A stretch of DNA of 61,131 bases, counting the filler, from Nitrospiraceae bacterium (GTDB lineage Bacteria; Nitrospirota; Nitrospiria; Nitrospirales; Nitrospiraceae), in NCBI GenBank assembly GCA_037442105.1. It is 4 parts of 4 records of this genome, joined end to end, with 100 filler letters (N's around TTAATTAATTAA, not from the genome) between each part and the next. Parts side by side here need not be neighbours in the genome. Positions count along the whole stretch, not along the records: positions 38,926 to 57,463 come from JBBIQV010000046.1; 3 more parts are not named here. One strand, given 5' to 3'. Positions 40,426 to 51,997 of the stretch are shown one piece after another. The notes beneath the pieces were generated by a model. The model was not told where the DNA came from. It did not search any database and saw only the letters and a list, made by a program, of their open reading frames with translations. Made by a program: the position numbers and the translations under genes. Every line of letters starts with the position of its first letter. Position 1 is the first letter of the stretch.

Positions 40426-41249
40426 GCACCGCGACGATTGCCGCAACGGGAACGCCACGTACGATGTCGATGTGGATCAAGCTGGGTCTTGCCGCGGCGG
40501 CGATAGTCGCCGGCTGGTGGGGCCTCGCCTCCATTGACTATGAGCGGTATCTCTCGCCTGACGCCATCGCGCGATGGCTGAACGATGCCGGGCCGCTGGC
40601 GCCGCTGCTCCTGATCGGCAGTATGGTCGGGGCGGTCATCATTCCACCCATTCCGAGTTTGCCGTTGGATCTGGCGGCCGGCGCCGCCTTCGGGCCCTTC
40701 TACGGCGCGCTCTACGCGGTGATCGGCGCGGAAATCGGCGCGGTCGTCTGCTTTCTCATCGCGCGATCGCTTGGACGCGACGCGCTCTCCCGCTTCATGA
40801 AGACTGAGAATACCTTTTGCCAGATGTGCACGGACCATCAGCTGATGGGCGCCATGTTCATTGCGCGGTTCATCCCGATCTTTTCGTTCGACGTGGTGAG
40901 CTACGGCGCAGGCCTCACGAACATCTCGCTCAAGACCTTCGCGCTCGCGACCCTGTTCGGCATGGCGCCTCCGACCTTCGCCTTTACGTATCTGGGCAGC
41001 AGCGTCGTCAGCGCCCAATGGCCCTTGATCGCCGGGGGCGTCGTCATGGTCGCGTTTTTCCTCGCGATGCCGAAGATCCTCACGAAGCATCGCAACAGCC
41101 GCTTCGCGCGTTTGTTCCTCGGTCCCCCGCCGCCTGTGTTGAGCAGGGTCGAATCGGCCCCCGTAGGAGTCAGAACGGAAATTCCCCTCCAAATCCGCTG
41201 CACCGGCTGCGGCGCAGCGATCCCCAGTCCCGATCTCTCGATTTCATGA
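40422..41249 (+). CDS. TVP38/TMEM64 (DedA/VTT) membrane protein
   Basis: AAGAAFGPFYG, RFIPIFSFDVVSYGAG. Confidence 0.88.
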   Translation: MSTATIAATGTPRTMSMWIKLGLAAAAIVAGWWGLASIDYERYLSPDAIARWLNDAGPLAPLLLIGSMVGAVIIPPIPSLPLDLAAGAAFGPFYGALYAVIGAEIGAVVCFLIARSLGRDALSRFMKTENTFCQMCTDHQLMGAMFIARFIPIFSFDVVSYGAGLTNISLKTFALATLFGMAPPTFAFTYLGSSVVSAQWPLIAGGVVMVAFFLAMPKILTKHRNSRFARLFLGPPPPVLSRVESAPVGVRTEIPLQIRCTGCGAAIPSPDLSIS

Positions 41250-41316
41250 TTCCGGCTGTGTTAGGAAACCGGGACCGAGTAATGCGTGGTCAGTGGAAGG
41301 ACTGGAAAGGAGACGA

Positions 41317-43119
41317 ATGGGCGGCGTATGGCTGGTAGTGATAATCCTGCTCAGCGTCGCAGGAAGTAGCCTGTCGGCTCGGGCGGAAGTATCCGTGACC
41401 TTCTTGGTGTCACCGGATGGAAATGATGATAATCCAGGTACCATGGACGCGCCGTTCCGCACGATCAAGCGCGCTCAAGCTGCCGTTCGTCGCCTCACCG
41501 CGACCCAGTCCGGCGACATTACGGTATTGCTGCGAGGGGGGACCTACGCGTTGGTCAACCCCCTGCGGTTTGAGGCGCAGGATTCTGGGCAGAACGGATT
41601 TCACGTTCTGTATCGAGCCTACCCAGGCGAGCATCCTATCCTCAGCGGAGGACAGATCATTACGGGCTGGAAACAAGATCGGGAAGTCCGGTTACGGGCA
41701 GATGTGGGCCCGTCGAGGTTTCGGCAACTGTATGTACGAGGTGTCCGAGCCACGAGGGCGCGCACCCCGAATGCTCCTGACTATCTGCGTCTTATCCGTT
41801 GGGATGATGAGGACCAGCGCATCGAGATTCCTCCTGTTCCCGTCGCCTCATGGTCTAATCTTTCCTCGGTGGAACTCGTGATCTTCAAAGAGTGGACGCA
41901 GGATATCCTTCGACTCAGCTCGGTCCGTGAAGGGGAAGGGGGGCTGTCTCTTCTAGTTCAGGAACCTGATAGGCAAAAAGCCTTCATGGGGCATCGTTAT
42001 CTTCGAAAGGACACCCAGAGCTTCTATATCGAGAATGCACTCGAAGCGCTCGATTCACCCGGTGAGTGGTACTTGAGGCCTTCCACCGAGGAGGTCTTCT
42101 ATCGCCCGCGGACAGGGGAGACGTTGGGGGAAAGTGACGTCGTGGCGCCGCGACTGGAACAACTCCTAGTAGTCCAAGGGAAGGGCGGGGCGCCGGTGCA
42201 TCACCTGACCTTCGCGGGTCTGTCATTTGAATATGGAGGCTGGCAAGGGCCGAGTGAGGAGGGTTTTGCCACCGGACAGGCAGACAAACTACTTGACCCG
42301 CTCGAACCGAATGGTGGTCGTGTCGCTGTCGCTGTTTCGTTGGTTCATGCCCACCACGTTCGGTTCGAGCGCAATGAGTTTCGACATCTCGGCGGGACGG
42401 CGTTAGGGCTGCACACCGGCGTCCATCAAATCGAGATCGTAGGCAACCGCTTCGAAGATCTCTCGGCCGGAGCGATCGTGGTGGATACGCTACTTGAATC
42501 GCGCCCGCTTGATCCGCGCCTGGTCTGCCACGACATCCTCATCGCGAATAATCTGGTCCATGACATCGGCAGAGAGTATCGATCCAGCGTAGGGATATTC
42601 GCGGGGTACGCGCATCGCGTTAGGATCGAACACAATGACATCTCCGATGCTCCGTATACCGGAATCAGCGTGGGATGGGGATGGACGGACGAGCGGACGA
42701 GCTTAGGTGACAACCGCATTGTGGCTAACAAGATCGGCCGCGTAATGAATTTCATGGCCGATGGCGGCGGTATCTACACGCTGTCAAAACAGCCTGGAAC
42801 CGTGATCGGTGAAAACTACGTGCACGATCTCGTCCGTTCTCCTTGGGCAGGGGAGTTTCCTATCGCAGCGATTTATCTGGATGAAGGAAGCAGCGAGATC
42901 GCGGTGACGAATAATGTGCTGGAAAATGTTCCGCTGGGTATTCTCTTTCATCGGGCGTCCGGGAACACCATTGCAAACACGGACTCTTCCTTCGAAGAGC
43001 GCAATCACGCTACAAACAACGTATTCTCGAGGGAGGCCGGATTTCTGCCTGAGAGCATCAAGTCCCATGCCGGACTTGAGCCTGCCTATGCTGATCTTCG
43101 TCCTCCCGGGGCAACGTGA
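41317..43119 (+). CDS. Secreted right-handed parallel beta-helix protein
   Basis: VSPDGND.NPGT..PFRTI..A, LD.PGEWY, YTGISVGWGW, DGGGIYTL, IYLDEGS. Confidence 0.82.
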   Translation: MGGVWLVVIILLSVAGSSLSARAEVSVTFLVSPDGNDDNPGTMDAPFRTIKRAQAAVRRLTATQSGDITVLLRGGTYALVNPLRFEAQDSGQNGFHVLYRAYPGEHPILSGGQIITGWKQDREVRLRADVGPSRFRQLYVRGVRATRARTPNAPDYLRLIRWDDEDQRIEIPPVPVASWSNLSSVELVIFKEWTQDILRLSSVREGEGGLSLLVQEPDRQKAFMGHRYLRKDTQSFYIENALEALDSPGEWYLRPSTEEVFYRPRTGETLGESDVVAPRLEQLLVVQGKGGAPVHHLTFAGLSFEYGGWQGPSEEGFATGQADKLLDPLEPNGGRVAVAVSLVHAHHVRFERNEFRHLGGTALGLHTGVHQIEIVGNRFEDLSAGAIVVDTLLESRPLDPRLVCHDILIANNLVHDIGREYRSSVGIFAGYAHRVRIEHNDISDAPYTGISVGWGWTDERTSLGDNRIVANKIGRVMNFMADGGGIYTLSKQPGTVIGENYVHDLVRSPWAGEFPIAAIYLDEGSSEIAVTNNVLENVPLGILFHRASGNTIANTDSSFEERNHATNNVFSREAGFLPESIKSHAGLEPAYADLRPPGAT

Positions 43120-43260
43120 CCGAAACGGGATCTCCGTAGCTCTGGCGTATCTCCCGGCTATTGCGGGCTTTTCCGTGCCGATGCTAGACTTCCTTTCCGC
43201 AGTTTGCCGTTCATCTAGCAGGCAACAGAATGTAAGCTGGTCTCGGTAGGAAAGGGTACG

Positions 43261-46143
43261 ATGGCGGATCACCTCTCCGTGTTGGCTCACCCTGAGCGGC
43301 TGAGTGCTCTTCGCTCCTACGAGATTCTCGATACGCCGCCGGAGCCCGCATTCGACCGCCTCGCCAAGCTGGCCGCGCAACTCTGTGGAGCCCCCTACGC
43401 CGCCATCACCTTTCTCGACGGCACCAGAAAATTCCTCAAAGCCAGAGTCGGATTCACCGAGGTCGACGCGCCGGATGCCCCGGATTTCTGTTGCCAGGCA
43501 GCCGGCCAGTCTGATCTCTTTCTCGTGCCTGACGCCACCAAGGACGAACGATTCAAGAGCCATCCGCTGGTCACAGGATCGTCCCAAGTGCGGTTCTATG
43601 CCGGCATTCCGTTGAAAAGTGTGGAAGGGCACCTTCTTGGCACGCTTTGCGTGCTTGATCGGATGCCGCGCGAGCTGACCAAGGAACAACGAGATGCTCT
43701 CTGGGTGCTCGGCAGTGAAGTCGTCACGGAGTTGGAATTACGTCGGACGCGCAAGCAGCTGGAAGCGGGCACGTTCCGCCAGGATCCGGTGCTTGGAGCC
43801 CGGTACAAGGCCGATGAATTTCTGCGCTCGCTTGTCGAAGGGACGGTCGCCTCGACCGGCGGCGATTTCCTTCGTGAACTCGTGAAGCACGTCGCAGCGG
43901 CCCTAGGCATTCGCTACGCCTTCGTGGGCTACTTGCTCCCCGAATCACGCATCCGCACGCTCGCCTTTTGGAAAGGCGACGGGTATATGGATCAGCTCGA
44001 GTACAGCCTGGAAGGCACGCCTTGTACGAAGGTGATCAATGGGGAAGCCTGCCACTACGCGCAGGATGTGCAGAAACTCTTCCCGCGCGATGAAGACCTG
44101 GTGAAGTTGAACGTATCGAGCTATCTTGCCGTCCCGTTAAAAGATCCAAAAGGCGAAGTCCTTGGCCATCTCGTCGCGATGGACGTCAAGCCGATGGTCC
44201 TGACCACCGAAGAGATCGACGTCTTCAAACTGTTCGGCGAGCGCGCCGGGGTTGAGATCTACCGCCAAGTGATCGAGTGGTCGCTACAAGAACGGGAGAC
44301 GACGCTGCGCGCGATCGTAGAGGCTACCTCCGCGACGGTGGGGAGAGAGTTTTTCGATTCCCTGGTCCGGCACCTCGCGACCGCATTGGGCGTGGATTAT
44401 GCGTACATCTCGGAGCTGAAGCCGGACGGATCCCGTTTCCAATCCAAGGCCGCCTGGGGGAAGGGGCAGAAGCTGCCGCCCTTCGACGTACCGTCGGGAG
44501 GACCCTGCGAAACGGTGCTTACTAAGCGGTGCGTGCATCATGCGGACGGACTTCCTGATCTCTATCCGCATGTGCAGTTGATCCAGGACATCGGCGTCAT
44601 CAGCTACTGCGGTGTGCCGGTGGTCGACTCGACCGGCCGTGTGCTGGGACACCTCGCCGTCATGGACTCCAAACCCCTGACCGACGAATCGCGCGTGACC
44701 TCGGTGCTGACGATCTTTGCAGGGCGCGCAGCTGCGGAGATTGAACGTCTGGAGATGGAAGCCGCATTGAAGCAGAACGAAGCCCGGCTTCTGGATCTAT
44801 TCGACGAAGCGCCGATTGCCTACGTCAATGAAGGCCTTGACTCGAAATTCATTAAGGCCAACAAGACGGCATTGAAGACGTTGGGCATCACGCCGGACCA
44901 AGTCGAAGGAACCTACGGCTTCTCTTTCATCCCGGACACGCCGGATGCGCAGCGGCGGCTGAAAGAAGCGTTTGATTCCATCGGCAAGGGCATCGACACG
45001 GCCGGTGTGGTGCTCGAACTCCGCCGCAAGGACAATGGGCACCCGCTGTTTATCAGATGGTGGTCGCGGCCGGATCCGAGTGGCACCTATACCCGCACGA
45101 TGTTCCTCGACATCACCGAGCAGGTGTTGATGGAGCGCGAGAAAGCCAGGCTGGAAGCGCAGGCCGTCTACCTCCAGGAAGAAATCAAAGGCAGGCACAA
45201 CTTTGAAGAGCTGATCGGCTCATCCGGCTCGCTCAAGAAGGTCTTGAAAAGCGTCGAACGAGTCGCCCCGACGGACTCGACCGTCCTGATTACCGGCGAA
45301 ACCGGCACCGGCAAGGAATTGATCGCGCGGGCCATCCATAATCTGAGCCCGCGCAAGGACCATGCGCTGGTGAAGGTGAACTGCGCCGCCATTCCGTCCG
45401 GCCTGATCGAAAGCGAATTCTTCGGCCATGAGAAGGGCGCCTTCACCGGCGCGCTCGCGAAGAAGATGGGCCGCTTCGAAGTGGCCGACAAGGGCACGAT
45501 CTTCCTCGATGAAATCGGCGAGTTGCCGCTGGATCTGCAATCGAAGCTCTTGCGCGTGCTGCAGGAAGGGGAATTCGAGCGGGTCGGCGGTACCCAGACG
45601 TTCAAAGTGAATGTGCGGGTCATCGCCGCCACGAACCGCAACCTTGAGCAGCTGTCGAAGAACGGACAGTATCGGCCGGATCTCTATTACCGGCTGAACG
45701 TGTTTCCGATTCACCTCCCGCCGCTACGCGAGCGAGAAGGCGACATTCCGATGCTTGCGCAATATTTTGTGCGGAAATTTTCCGCAAGCCTCGGCAAAAA
45801 GATCGACCGGATCCCGGAACGGATGATGACGGCCCTCACGCGCTACCAGTGGCCGGGCAATATCCGCGAGCTGGAACACGTCATCGAGCGCGCGGTCATC
45901 TTGAGCGAGGGCACCGAACTGGAACCGATCGACTGGCTCACGCCGCCGACTGCCAAGGCCGGCAACGGTAAAACTCTTACGCTCGAAGAAATGGAACGGC
46001 AACACATCATCGATATTCTCGACCAGACCAACTGGCGCGTCAGCGGCGACAAGGGCGCGGCCGCTATTCTCGGTTTGAAGCCCACCACGCTCGAAGCCCG
46101 CATGAAGAAACTGGGCATCTCTCGCATGAAGCGTGAAGCATGA
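43261..46143 (+). CDS. FhlA-like sigma54 activator (three GAF, PAS, AAA+, HTH)
   Basis: GAF motifs, [37 protein letters not shown]. Confidence 0.93.
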   Translation: MADHLSVLAHPERLSALRSYEILDTPPEPAFDRLAKLAAQLCGAPYAAITFLDGTRKFLKARVGFTEVDAPDAPDFCCQAAGQSDLFLVPDATKDERFKSHPLVTGSSQVRFYAGIPLKSVEGHLLGTLCVLDRMPRELTKEQRDALWVLGSEVVTELELRRTRKQLEAGTFRQDPVLGARYKADEFLRSLVEGTVASTGGDFLRELVKHVAAALGIRYAFVGYLLPESRIRTLAFWKGDGYMDQLEYSLEGTPCTKVINGEACHYAQDVQKLFPRDEDLVKLNVSSYLAVPLKDPKGEVLGHLVAMDVKPMVLTTEEIDVFKLFGERAGVEIYRQVIEWSLQERETTLRAIVEATSATVGREFFDSLVRHLATALGVDYAYISELKPDGSRFQSKAAWGKGQKLPPFDVPSGGPCETVLTKRCVHHADGLPDLYPHVQLIQDIGVISYCGVPVVDSTGRVLGHLAVMDSKPLTDESRVTSVLTIFAGRAAAEIERLEMEAALKQNEARLLDLFDEAPIAYVNEGLDSKFIKANKTALKTLGITPDQVEGTYGFSFIPDTPDAQRRLKEAFDSIGKGIDTAGVVLELRRKDNGHPLFIRWWSRPDPSGTYTRTMFLDITEQVLMEREKARLEAQAVYLQEEIKGRHNFEELIGSSGSLKKVLKSVERVAPTDSTVLITGETGTGKELIARAIHNLSPRKDHALVKVNCAAIPSGLIESEFFGHEKGAFTGALAKKMGRFEVADKGTIFLDEIGELPLDLQSKLLRVLQEGEFERVGGTQTFKVNVRVIAATNRNLEQLSKNGQYRPDLYYRLNVFPIHLPPLREREGDIPMLAQYFVRKFSASLGKKIDRIPERMMTALTRYQWPGNIRELEHVIERAVILSEGTELEPIDWLTPPTAKAGNGKTLTLEEMERQHIIDILDQTNWRVSGDKGAAAILGLKPTTLEARMKKLGISRMKREA

Positions 46144-46286
46144 AGCGTTGTTCGTAGGATGGCTGCCAGAACAACAACATCCTGTTCTCCCTTTCCTCTC
46201 GTTACACTGGCCATCTACGTTTCATAGCTAGGCCACCTTTCCCTTCAACGAGATACCCATCACGGTCGACGAACGACGGGATTCAC

Positions 46287-46321
46287 TCCCAACTAATTGG
46301 GACGCTCCCAATATCTTAGGA
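46287..46321. promoter_or_regulatory. Tandem palindromic enhancer (UAS)
   Basis: TCCCAA-CTAA-TTGGGA and TCCCAA-TATC-TTAGGA, 100-135 bp upstream of -24. Confidence 0.7.
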
Positions 46322-46380
46322 ATAGCCCTCCTCCCTTTGTTCTGCATTTCTCCATAGCAGAACGCCATATCCCATCGCCA

Positions 46381-46393
46381 TATCAACAAGTTA
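46381..46393 (+). promoter_or_regulatory. IHF binding site
   Basis: TATCAACAAGTTA matches WATCAANNNNTTR. Confidence 0.7.
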
Positions 46394-46421
46394 GGACGAC
46401 CTCGACACAGGAATTTCGACT

Positions 46422-46437
46422 TGGCATCGCCATTGCT
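46422..46437 (+). promoter_or_regulatory. sigma54 promoter
   Basis: TGGCATCGCCATTGCT, GG-N10-GC. Confidence 0.85.
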
Positions 46438-46470
46438 GAGTAGGCTGACCATCGAACGGGAGATAAGGCG

Positions 46471-46740
46471 ATGCTGAAAATCACAAAGGTCCAGGAAAGC
46501 GGAAACGATGTTCTCCTGAAGCTGGAAGGAAAGATCATGAACCAGTGGGCGGCCCTGCTCGACGGCGAATGCCGCTCGTACTTGAGACGGAAGAAAGCCG
46601 TCTACTTGGACTGTTCGCGCGTGGATTACATCGATGGCAGGGGGGTTGAGGTCTTGAACAACCTCCCTCACAAACTCGTCACCCTCATGAGCACGCCCGG
46701 TTTCGTCACGGAGTTGTTGCGCGTCGGAGGCCAATCATGA
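46471..46740 (+). CDS. STAS-domain protein (anti-anti-sigma-like)
   Basis: LKLEGKI..LDCSRVDYIDGRGV. Confidence 0.8.
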   Translation: MLKITKVQESGNDVLLKLEGKIMNQWAALLDGECRSYLRRKKAVYLDCSRVDYIDGRGVEVLNNLPHKLVTLMSTPGFVTELLRVGGQS

Positions 46741-47447
46741 ACGCAGATGCCACCACCTATACTGAGTCCATCCGTCCGGCTCGCTCCACAAGCCGGAAGG
46801 CACAGTCTGCCAAGGCACCAAGCCTGACGAAGGAAGAGGACCAACTGATCGCCAGGCTTCGACGAGGCGACGAAGGCGCCTTCGATGAATTGGTGAACCA
46901 ACATCACGGCGCGTTGATCCGGATGGCCATGGGCTATGTGGCGGACCGGGAGGTGGCCGAAGAGGTCGTGCAGGACACCTGGATGGCGGTGATCGAGAGC
47001 CTCGATCGCTTCGAAGGCCGCTCATCGCTGCGCACCTGGATCTTCGGCATTCTGATCCACAAGGCGAAGGACCGCGGCGTGCGCGAAAAGCGGCACACGA
47101 CCTTCTCGGCGTTCGAATCCCATGACGATGACCAGGACGAAGCGGTCGATCCTTCCCGGTTCCAAGAGTCGGGCGAATGGGCAGGCCACTGGGCCTTCCC
47201 GCCGCAGCCCTGGGACGATCAGACACCAGAGAAACTCTTGGCAAGTCAGCAAGCCGTGAGCGCGATGAACCAGGCGATCGAGGCGCTGCCAACGACGCTG
47301 AAAGAAGTCTTGATCCTCCGCGATGTGGAAGGCGTCGAAGCGAAAGAAGTCTGTGAATTGCTCAAGATCACCGAAACGAACCTGTACGTGCGCTTGCATC
47401 GCGCGCGGGAGCGAGTGCGGGTCGCAGTGGAGAAGGCGCTTGGATAG
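46737..47447 (+). CDS. ECF sigma-70 factor
   Basis: AEEVVQDTW..FEGRSSLRTWIF; region 4 LRDVEG..VRLHRAR. Confidence 0.93.
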   Translation: MNADATTYTESIRPARSTSRKAQSAKAPSLTKEEDQLIARLRRGDEGAFDELVNQHHGALIRMAMGYVADREVAEEVVQDTWMAVIESLDRFEGRSSLRTWIFGILIHKAKDRGVREKRHTTFSAFESHDDDQDEAVDPSRFQESGEWAGHWAFPPQPWDDQTPEKLLASQQAVSAMNQAIEALPTTLKEVLILRDVEGVEAKEVCELLKITETNLYVRLHRARERVRVAVEKALG

Positions 47448-47454
47448 GAAGAAG

Positions 47455-47562
47455 GCTGAGGTTGAGGCCGAGACGTTTGAGGTTGGAGGGCTGAGGCGCA
47501 ATGCGATAACTACCTACTACCTACCTCCAACCAACTCCGGGTACCTTTGACCTCAGCCTCAG
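47455..47562. repeat. Hexamer-repeat hairpin (GAGGTT/AACCTC type)
   Basis: GCTGAGGTTGAGG... arm and ...GACCTCAGCCTCAG counter-arm. Confidence 0.55.
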
Positions 47563-47642
47563 AACTACCCTTCCACCAGGTAAGAACTCATGGAACAGGG
47601 AGACTTAGGGGTGAGACAAATCTCACCCCGGAGACTCCTTCG

Positions 47643-47909
47643 ATGAAAGACCATCCCTCACAATGGATCCACAGCGGACTGACCTGCCGCGATGTCACGG
47701 ATCGCGTGGCTGAGTACTTCGATGATCGTCTGCCGATGTTCCCCACGGTCCGCGTCGGCCTGCATCTCGCTTCCTGTGCCCATTGCCGAACCTATGTGAA
47801 ACAGACGGCCCTGGTCTCGGAGGCCGTGGCCTCGCTGCACAAGCAGTACCCTTCGCCGATCCAGCGCCTGCGGTTGCGACAACACTTCGCCGCGAGGCAC
47901 GCCTGCTGA
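47643..47909 (+). CDS. Zinc-binding (zf-HC2) anti-sigma factor
   Basis: LTCRDV..HLASCAHC. Confidence 0.85.
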   Translation: MKDHPSQWIHSGLTCRDVTDRVAEYFDDRLPMFPTVRVGLHLASCAHCRTYVKQTALVSEAVASLHKQYPSPIQRLRLRQHFAARHAC

Positions 47910-47953
47910 AAACGCGACCGGATGTTGTAAGAGATCGGTCCTTAACCCGACTG

Positions 47954-48634
47954 ATGGCCATGACAGAACCAGCCACCATGACGATGTTGAGTCCGGAGCA
48001 GCTGCGCGTGGAGGAAGCGACGACGCTCGCGCAGCCTGAACGACGCTATGGGCTACTGGCAAAGATGTTGTTTCTCGTCATGGATCTGCTGTACGGGCGC
48101 GCCCGCAGCTGGAGTAAATTTAAGGTGCTCGAAGTGATCGCCCGCGTGCCCTATCAGGCGTGGGAACACGTGGCCTATATCGCGATTACGCAGCAATATG
48201 AACACGAGGACTTCGCGCGTCGCGTGTTCGATCGCGTCAAAGAGGCCCGGCATCAGCAAGACAATGAACAGTGGCATCTGTTGATCCTGGAAGAATGGAT
48301 TCACCGGAATCAAGTGAAAGAGAATTTCCTCGTGCACCGGCTCGCGCCTCAGGTCATCGCTTTCTTCTATTACCAGATCAGCTGGCTGCTCTATGTCATG
48401 AAGCCGGAGTGGAGCTACCGGCTGAACGTCGATTTCGAGAATCATGCCGAACACGAGTACATGCTGTTCGCGCAGGAGCATCCGGAGTTGGAACAGGTCC
48501 CGTTCGAGAGCGCCTTCAAGAAGGACTATGGGAACTTTGCCACGATGGCCGATGTGATCAGACAAATCGGCTACGATGAACGGGTTCACAAGAACGAGAG
48601 CATGATGAAGCTGGGGATGGCCCGCTTCGTCTAA
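47954..48634 (+). CDS. aox: Alternative oxidase/PTOX-type di-iron protein
   Basis: LEVIARVPY, NEQWH, FENHA..EY, DERVH di-iron ligands. Confidence 0.75.
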   Translation: MAMTEPATMTMLSPEQLRVEEATTLAQPERRYGLLAKMLFLVMDLLYGRARSWSKFKVLEVIARVPYQAWEHVAYIAITQQYEHEDFARRVFDRVKEARHQQDNEQWHLLILEEWIHRNQVKENFLVHRLAPQVIAFFYYQISWLLYVMKPEWSYRLNVDFENHAEHEYMLFAQEHPELEQVPFESAFKKDYGNFATMADVIRQIGYDERVHKNESMMKLGMARFV

Positions 48635-48646
48635 GAAGGAGCTGCT

Positions 48647-49750
48647 ATGAAAGCCGTGGCCGTCATTCCCGGACAAGCCGACTCGATCCATCTCGCTGAA
48701 CTGCCCAAGCCGTCGGTCCATGAAGTGCCGAACGGGCGGGGCGTGCTCGTGCAAGTCTTGCGCGTGGGCGTAGATGGCACCGACAAAGAGATCAACGCGG
48801 CCGAATACGGTCAGGCGCCTCCCGGTTATGACTTTCTCGTGATCGGCCATGAATGTTTCGGCCGTGTGGTCGAGGTTGGCCCGAACGTGACCGAGCTCGC
48901 GCCGGGCGACTATGTGGTGCCAACGGTTCGTCGCCCCGGCGGCAGCTTCTATGACCAAATCGGCCAGTATGACATGACGCTGGAAGACACCTACTACGAG
49001 CGCGGCATCAATCTCCGCCATGGCTATTTGACCGAGTTGTTCGTCGATGACCCGGAATATCTGGTGAAGATCCCGAAAGGCCTCAAGGACGTTGCCGTGC
49101 TACTGGAACCGACCTCGATTATCGAGAAAGGCATCATCCAGGCCTATGAAGCGCAACGGCGGTTCAAGATCTGGCGGCCGCGCAAAGCTGCGGTCTTGGG
49201 CGCCGGGACTGTGGGTTTGCTCGCCGCGCTCTCGCTCAAGATGAAGGGGTTCGACGTCACCAGCTTCGGAAAACAAACCGGCCCGTCGAGGAATCTCGAC
49301 CTCTTGGCGCAACTGGGTGTGCGGTACATCTCGACCGACGATCTGTCGATTCGTGAAGCCGCGAAACGTTATGGCCCGTTCGATCTCATGTTCGAAGCGA
49401 CCGGCTATTCACCGGTCGTCTTCGAGGCGATGGAATGTCTCGGTAAGAACGGCGTGCTGGTCTTGGCGAGCGTGACGGGCGGCGACCGGGAACATCCGAT
49501 CCCGGCCGACAAGATCAACTTGGATTTCGTGCTCGGCAACAAACTCGTCGTTGGCACCGTCAACGCGAACCGCGAGTATTTCGAAGCCGGCGTCTACGAC
49601 TTCGCGCGAGCCGAGCTGGAATTCCCCGGCTGGCTGCCCAAGCTCCTGACCCATCCGGTGACGGGCTTGGAGAACTATCAGCAGATGATGCGGACGCTGA
49701 CCATGGAGAAGAGCGCGATTAAGGTCTATGTGAACGTGGCCTATGAGTAA
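48647..49750 (+). CDS. Glucose 1-dehydrogenase-like Zn-dependent MDR enzyme
   Basis: VGVDGTD, GHE, VRRP, LLEP, GAGTVG, VGTVNA. Confidence 0.85.
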   Translation: MKAVAVIPGQADSIHLAELPKPSVHEVPNGRGVLVQVLRVGVDGTDKEINAAEYGQAPPGYDFLVIGHECFGRVVEVGPNVTELAPGDYVVPTVRRPGGSFYDQIGQYDMTLEDTYYERGINLRHGYLTELFVDDPEYLVKIPKGLKDVAVLLEPTSIIEKGIIQAYEAQRRFKIWRPRKAAVLGAGTVGLLAALSLKMKGFDVTSFGKQTGPSRNLDLLAQLGVRYISTDDLSIREAAKRYGPFDLMFEATGYSPVVFEAMECLGKNGVLVLASVTGGDREHPIPADKINLDFVLGNKLVVGTVNANREYFEAGVYDFARAELEFPGWLPKLLTHPVTGLENYQQMMRTLTMEKSAIKVYVNVAYE

Positions 49751-50219
49751 GGAGCACATCACACAACGAGTTCCTAGATTGTGGCTGGGAGTGTGCTTGA
49801 GTCTCTTGATTGCGGCTCCAGTATCAGCCGGCGAGTACTTCGAAAATGATGGGGCGGCGATCGGCGGCTATGATCCGGTCGCCTACTTCACGGAGATGAA
49901 ACCGGTGAAGGGCTCGCCGGAGTTTCATGCCTCCTACCAAGGCTCAACCTTCTACTTCGCCTCCGCGGCCCATCGGGATACCTTTGCGCCTGATCCGGCG
50001 AAATACGCGCCGCAATATGGCGGCTTCTGCGCCTTCGGCATGGCCAAGGGCTACAAGGCCGCGATCGATCCAGCTGCCTTCACCGTCGTGGGCAACAAGC
50101 TGTACCTTAACTATGGCGGCACCGTCCGCGCCCTGTGGGTGCTCGATATCCCCGGCTATGTGAGAAAGGCCGACCAGAATTGGCCGGAGGTGCGAAAAAC
50201 CACGAACGTGACTCAATAA
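49743..50219 (+). CDS. Secreted YHS-domain protein
   Basis: [25 protein letters not shown]. Confidence 0.88.
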   Translation: MSKEHITQRVPRLWLGVCLSLLIAAPVSAGEYFENDGAAIGGYDPVAYFTEMKPVKGSPEFHASYQGSTFYFASAAHRDTFAPDPAKYAPQYGGFCAFGMAKGYKAAIDPAAFTVVGNKLYLNYGGTVRALWVLDIPGYVRKADQNWPEVRKTTNVTQ

Positions 50220-50320
50220 CCTACCTCCCTCTTCCAGTAAGAAACCGCCTTTCAGTTCGACACATTCCCATCGAAGCTCTGAATCCGACAGAACCTTCCA
50301 TTGCTATCGGGAGAATCGCC

Positions 50321-51235
50321 ATGGCCAATCTGATTGAATCGCCCACGACCATCGTTCATAGTCTTGGCCGAACAGAGTCTCCCCTTCTCCCCGCGAACAT
50401 CACGTCCGACCAGGAGCCCAGACCCATGGAAAAAATCGAACGCGTCTATCGTCATCGGTTGCTGGTGCGGATCAGCCATTGGCTCAACGTCCCTTGCCTG
50501 TTCATTCTGATCATGAGCGGACTCCAGATTTTCAATGCGCATCCGGCGCTCTATTGGGGCGACCGATCGGATCGCGATCAGCCCTTACTCTCGATCCGGC
50601 CGATGCGAACGGACAGTGGAGAGATGCGCGGCATCACGACAGTGTTAGGCCACCGATTCGATACGACCGGCGTGCTCGGCTACTCGAACGGCTCTGGCCG
50701 CGCGTTCCCGGCATGGGCCACGGTTCCTAGTGCGAAATGGCTCGCGGCGGGACGGCAATGGCATCTGTTCTTTGCGTGGGTCTTCGTCATCAACGGTTTG
50801 ATCTTTTCGAGCTATATCTTCCTGAGTCGCCACTTCGAGAAAGACCTGCTGCCGACCAGCCACGATCTGAAGCAGATTCCCCAAGCGGTGAAGGATCACA
50901 TCGTACTGCGCCATCCCAAGGGAGATGAAGCGAAGCATTACAACGTGCTCCAGAAGCTGGCCTACATCGGTGTGATTTTTGGACTCGCCCCATTGATCGT
51001 GCTGACCGGCCTGACTATGTCGCCGACGATCGACACGGCCTTCCCCTGGCTCCTGACCATGTTCGGCGGGAGACAGGCGGCGCGCACGATCCACTTCATC
51101 GCCTGCTTTTCGTTTGTTGGATTTATCGTGATCCACGTCTCGCAGGTGATGCTGACGGGGTTCTTCAACAATATCCGGTCGATGATCACCGGCTATTTCG
51201 TCGTCAAACATGAAGGAGCGAGCCATGGAGCATAA
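50321..51235 (+). CDS. Cytochrome b/b6 domain membrane subunit
   Basis: RISHW, SGLQIFNAHP, RQWH, YNVLQK, RTIHF, IHV. Confidence 0.88.
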   Translation: MANLIESPTTIVHSLGRTESPLLPANITSDQEPRPMEKIERVYRHRLLVRISHWLNVPCLFILIMSGLQIFNAHPALYWGDRSDRDQPLLSIRPMRTDSGEMRGITTVLGHRFDTTGVLGYSNGSGRAFPAWATVPSAKWLAAGRQWHLFFAWVFVINGLIFSSYIFLSRHFEKDLLPTSHDLKQIPQAVKDHIVLRHPKGDEAKHYNVLQKLAYIGVIFGLAPLIVLTGLTMSPTIDTAFPWLLTMFGGRQAARTIHFIACFSFVGFIVIHVSQVMLTGFFNNIRSMITGYFVVKHEGASHGA

Positions 51236-51995
51236 GCGTGCAATAGAACGGCGAGGATTCTTGAAGGGTACGGTCGGCGCGGCCAGCCTCATGGCGCTCG
51301 CCGGTTGCGACAACCTGACGCAGAGCAGCTGGTTTCCATCGATTCTCCAGAAGGCGGAAAAGCTCACCGAACGGGTCCAACGTGCGATCACGCCGGCGAA
51401 CGCGCTGGCTAGAGAATACAGCGAATCCGAGATCTCGAAAGTCTTCCCTGCCAACGGCAACACCGATCCCGGCACGCAAGACTACGCCGAAATGGCTCAG
51501 GACAATTTTGCCGACTGGGATGTGATGGTGGATGGGCTGGTGACGACACCCATGATGTTTTCGTTGGCGGCGATTAAAGAGATGCCGGCCCGCACACAGA
51601 TCACCAGGCACGACTGCGTCGAAGGCTGGAGCGCGATCGGCAAATGGACCGGCGTGCCGCTCGCCGATCTGCTTCGTCAGGCGCAGCCGTTGCCGACCGC
51701 GAAGTACGCCGTCTTCCACTGCGCCGATGTGGACGACGAAGGCATCTCCTACTATGAAAGCATGGCTGTGGCCGATTGTTATCACCCCCAGACGATCCTG
51801 GCCTACGAGCTGAACGGCAAACCGCTTGACGTGCCGCATGGCGCTCCGCTCAGACTCCGCTTCGAACGCCAGCTGGGTTACAAACAGGCAAAATACGTGG
51901 AGCGCATCGAGTTGGTGGAGTCGCTCGACGGCATCGGCGGAGGCAAGGGGGGATATTGGGAGGACCAAGGGTACGAGTGGTACGCAGGAATTTAG
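51225..51995 (+). CDS. Molybdopterin oxidoreductase (sulfite oxidase family), Tat lipoprotein
   Basis: RRGFLK, LAGC, HDCVEGW, HGAPLRL, GYWED.GY. Confidence 0.9.
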   Translation: MEHKRAIERRGFLKGTVGAASLMALAGCDNLTQSSWFPSILQKAEKLTERVQRAITPANALAREYSESEISKVFPANGNTDPGTQDYAEMAQDNFADWDVMVDGLVTTPMMFSLAAIKEMPARTQITRHDCVEGWSAIGKWTGVPLADLLRQAQPLPTAKYAVFHCADVDDEGISYYESMAVADCYHPQTILAYELNGKPLDVPHGAPLRLRFERQLGYKQAKYVERIELVESLDGIGGGKGGYWEDQGYEWYAGI

Positions 51996-51997
51996 AG

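Noticed and set aside
46228..46734. 168-aa minus-strand ORF
   Set aside because: Overlaps the STAS gene and the sigma54 promoter elements; no homology cues
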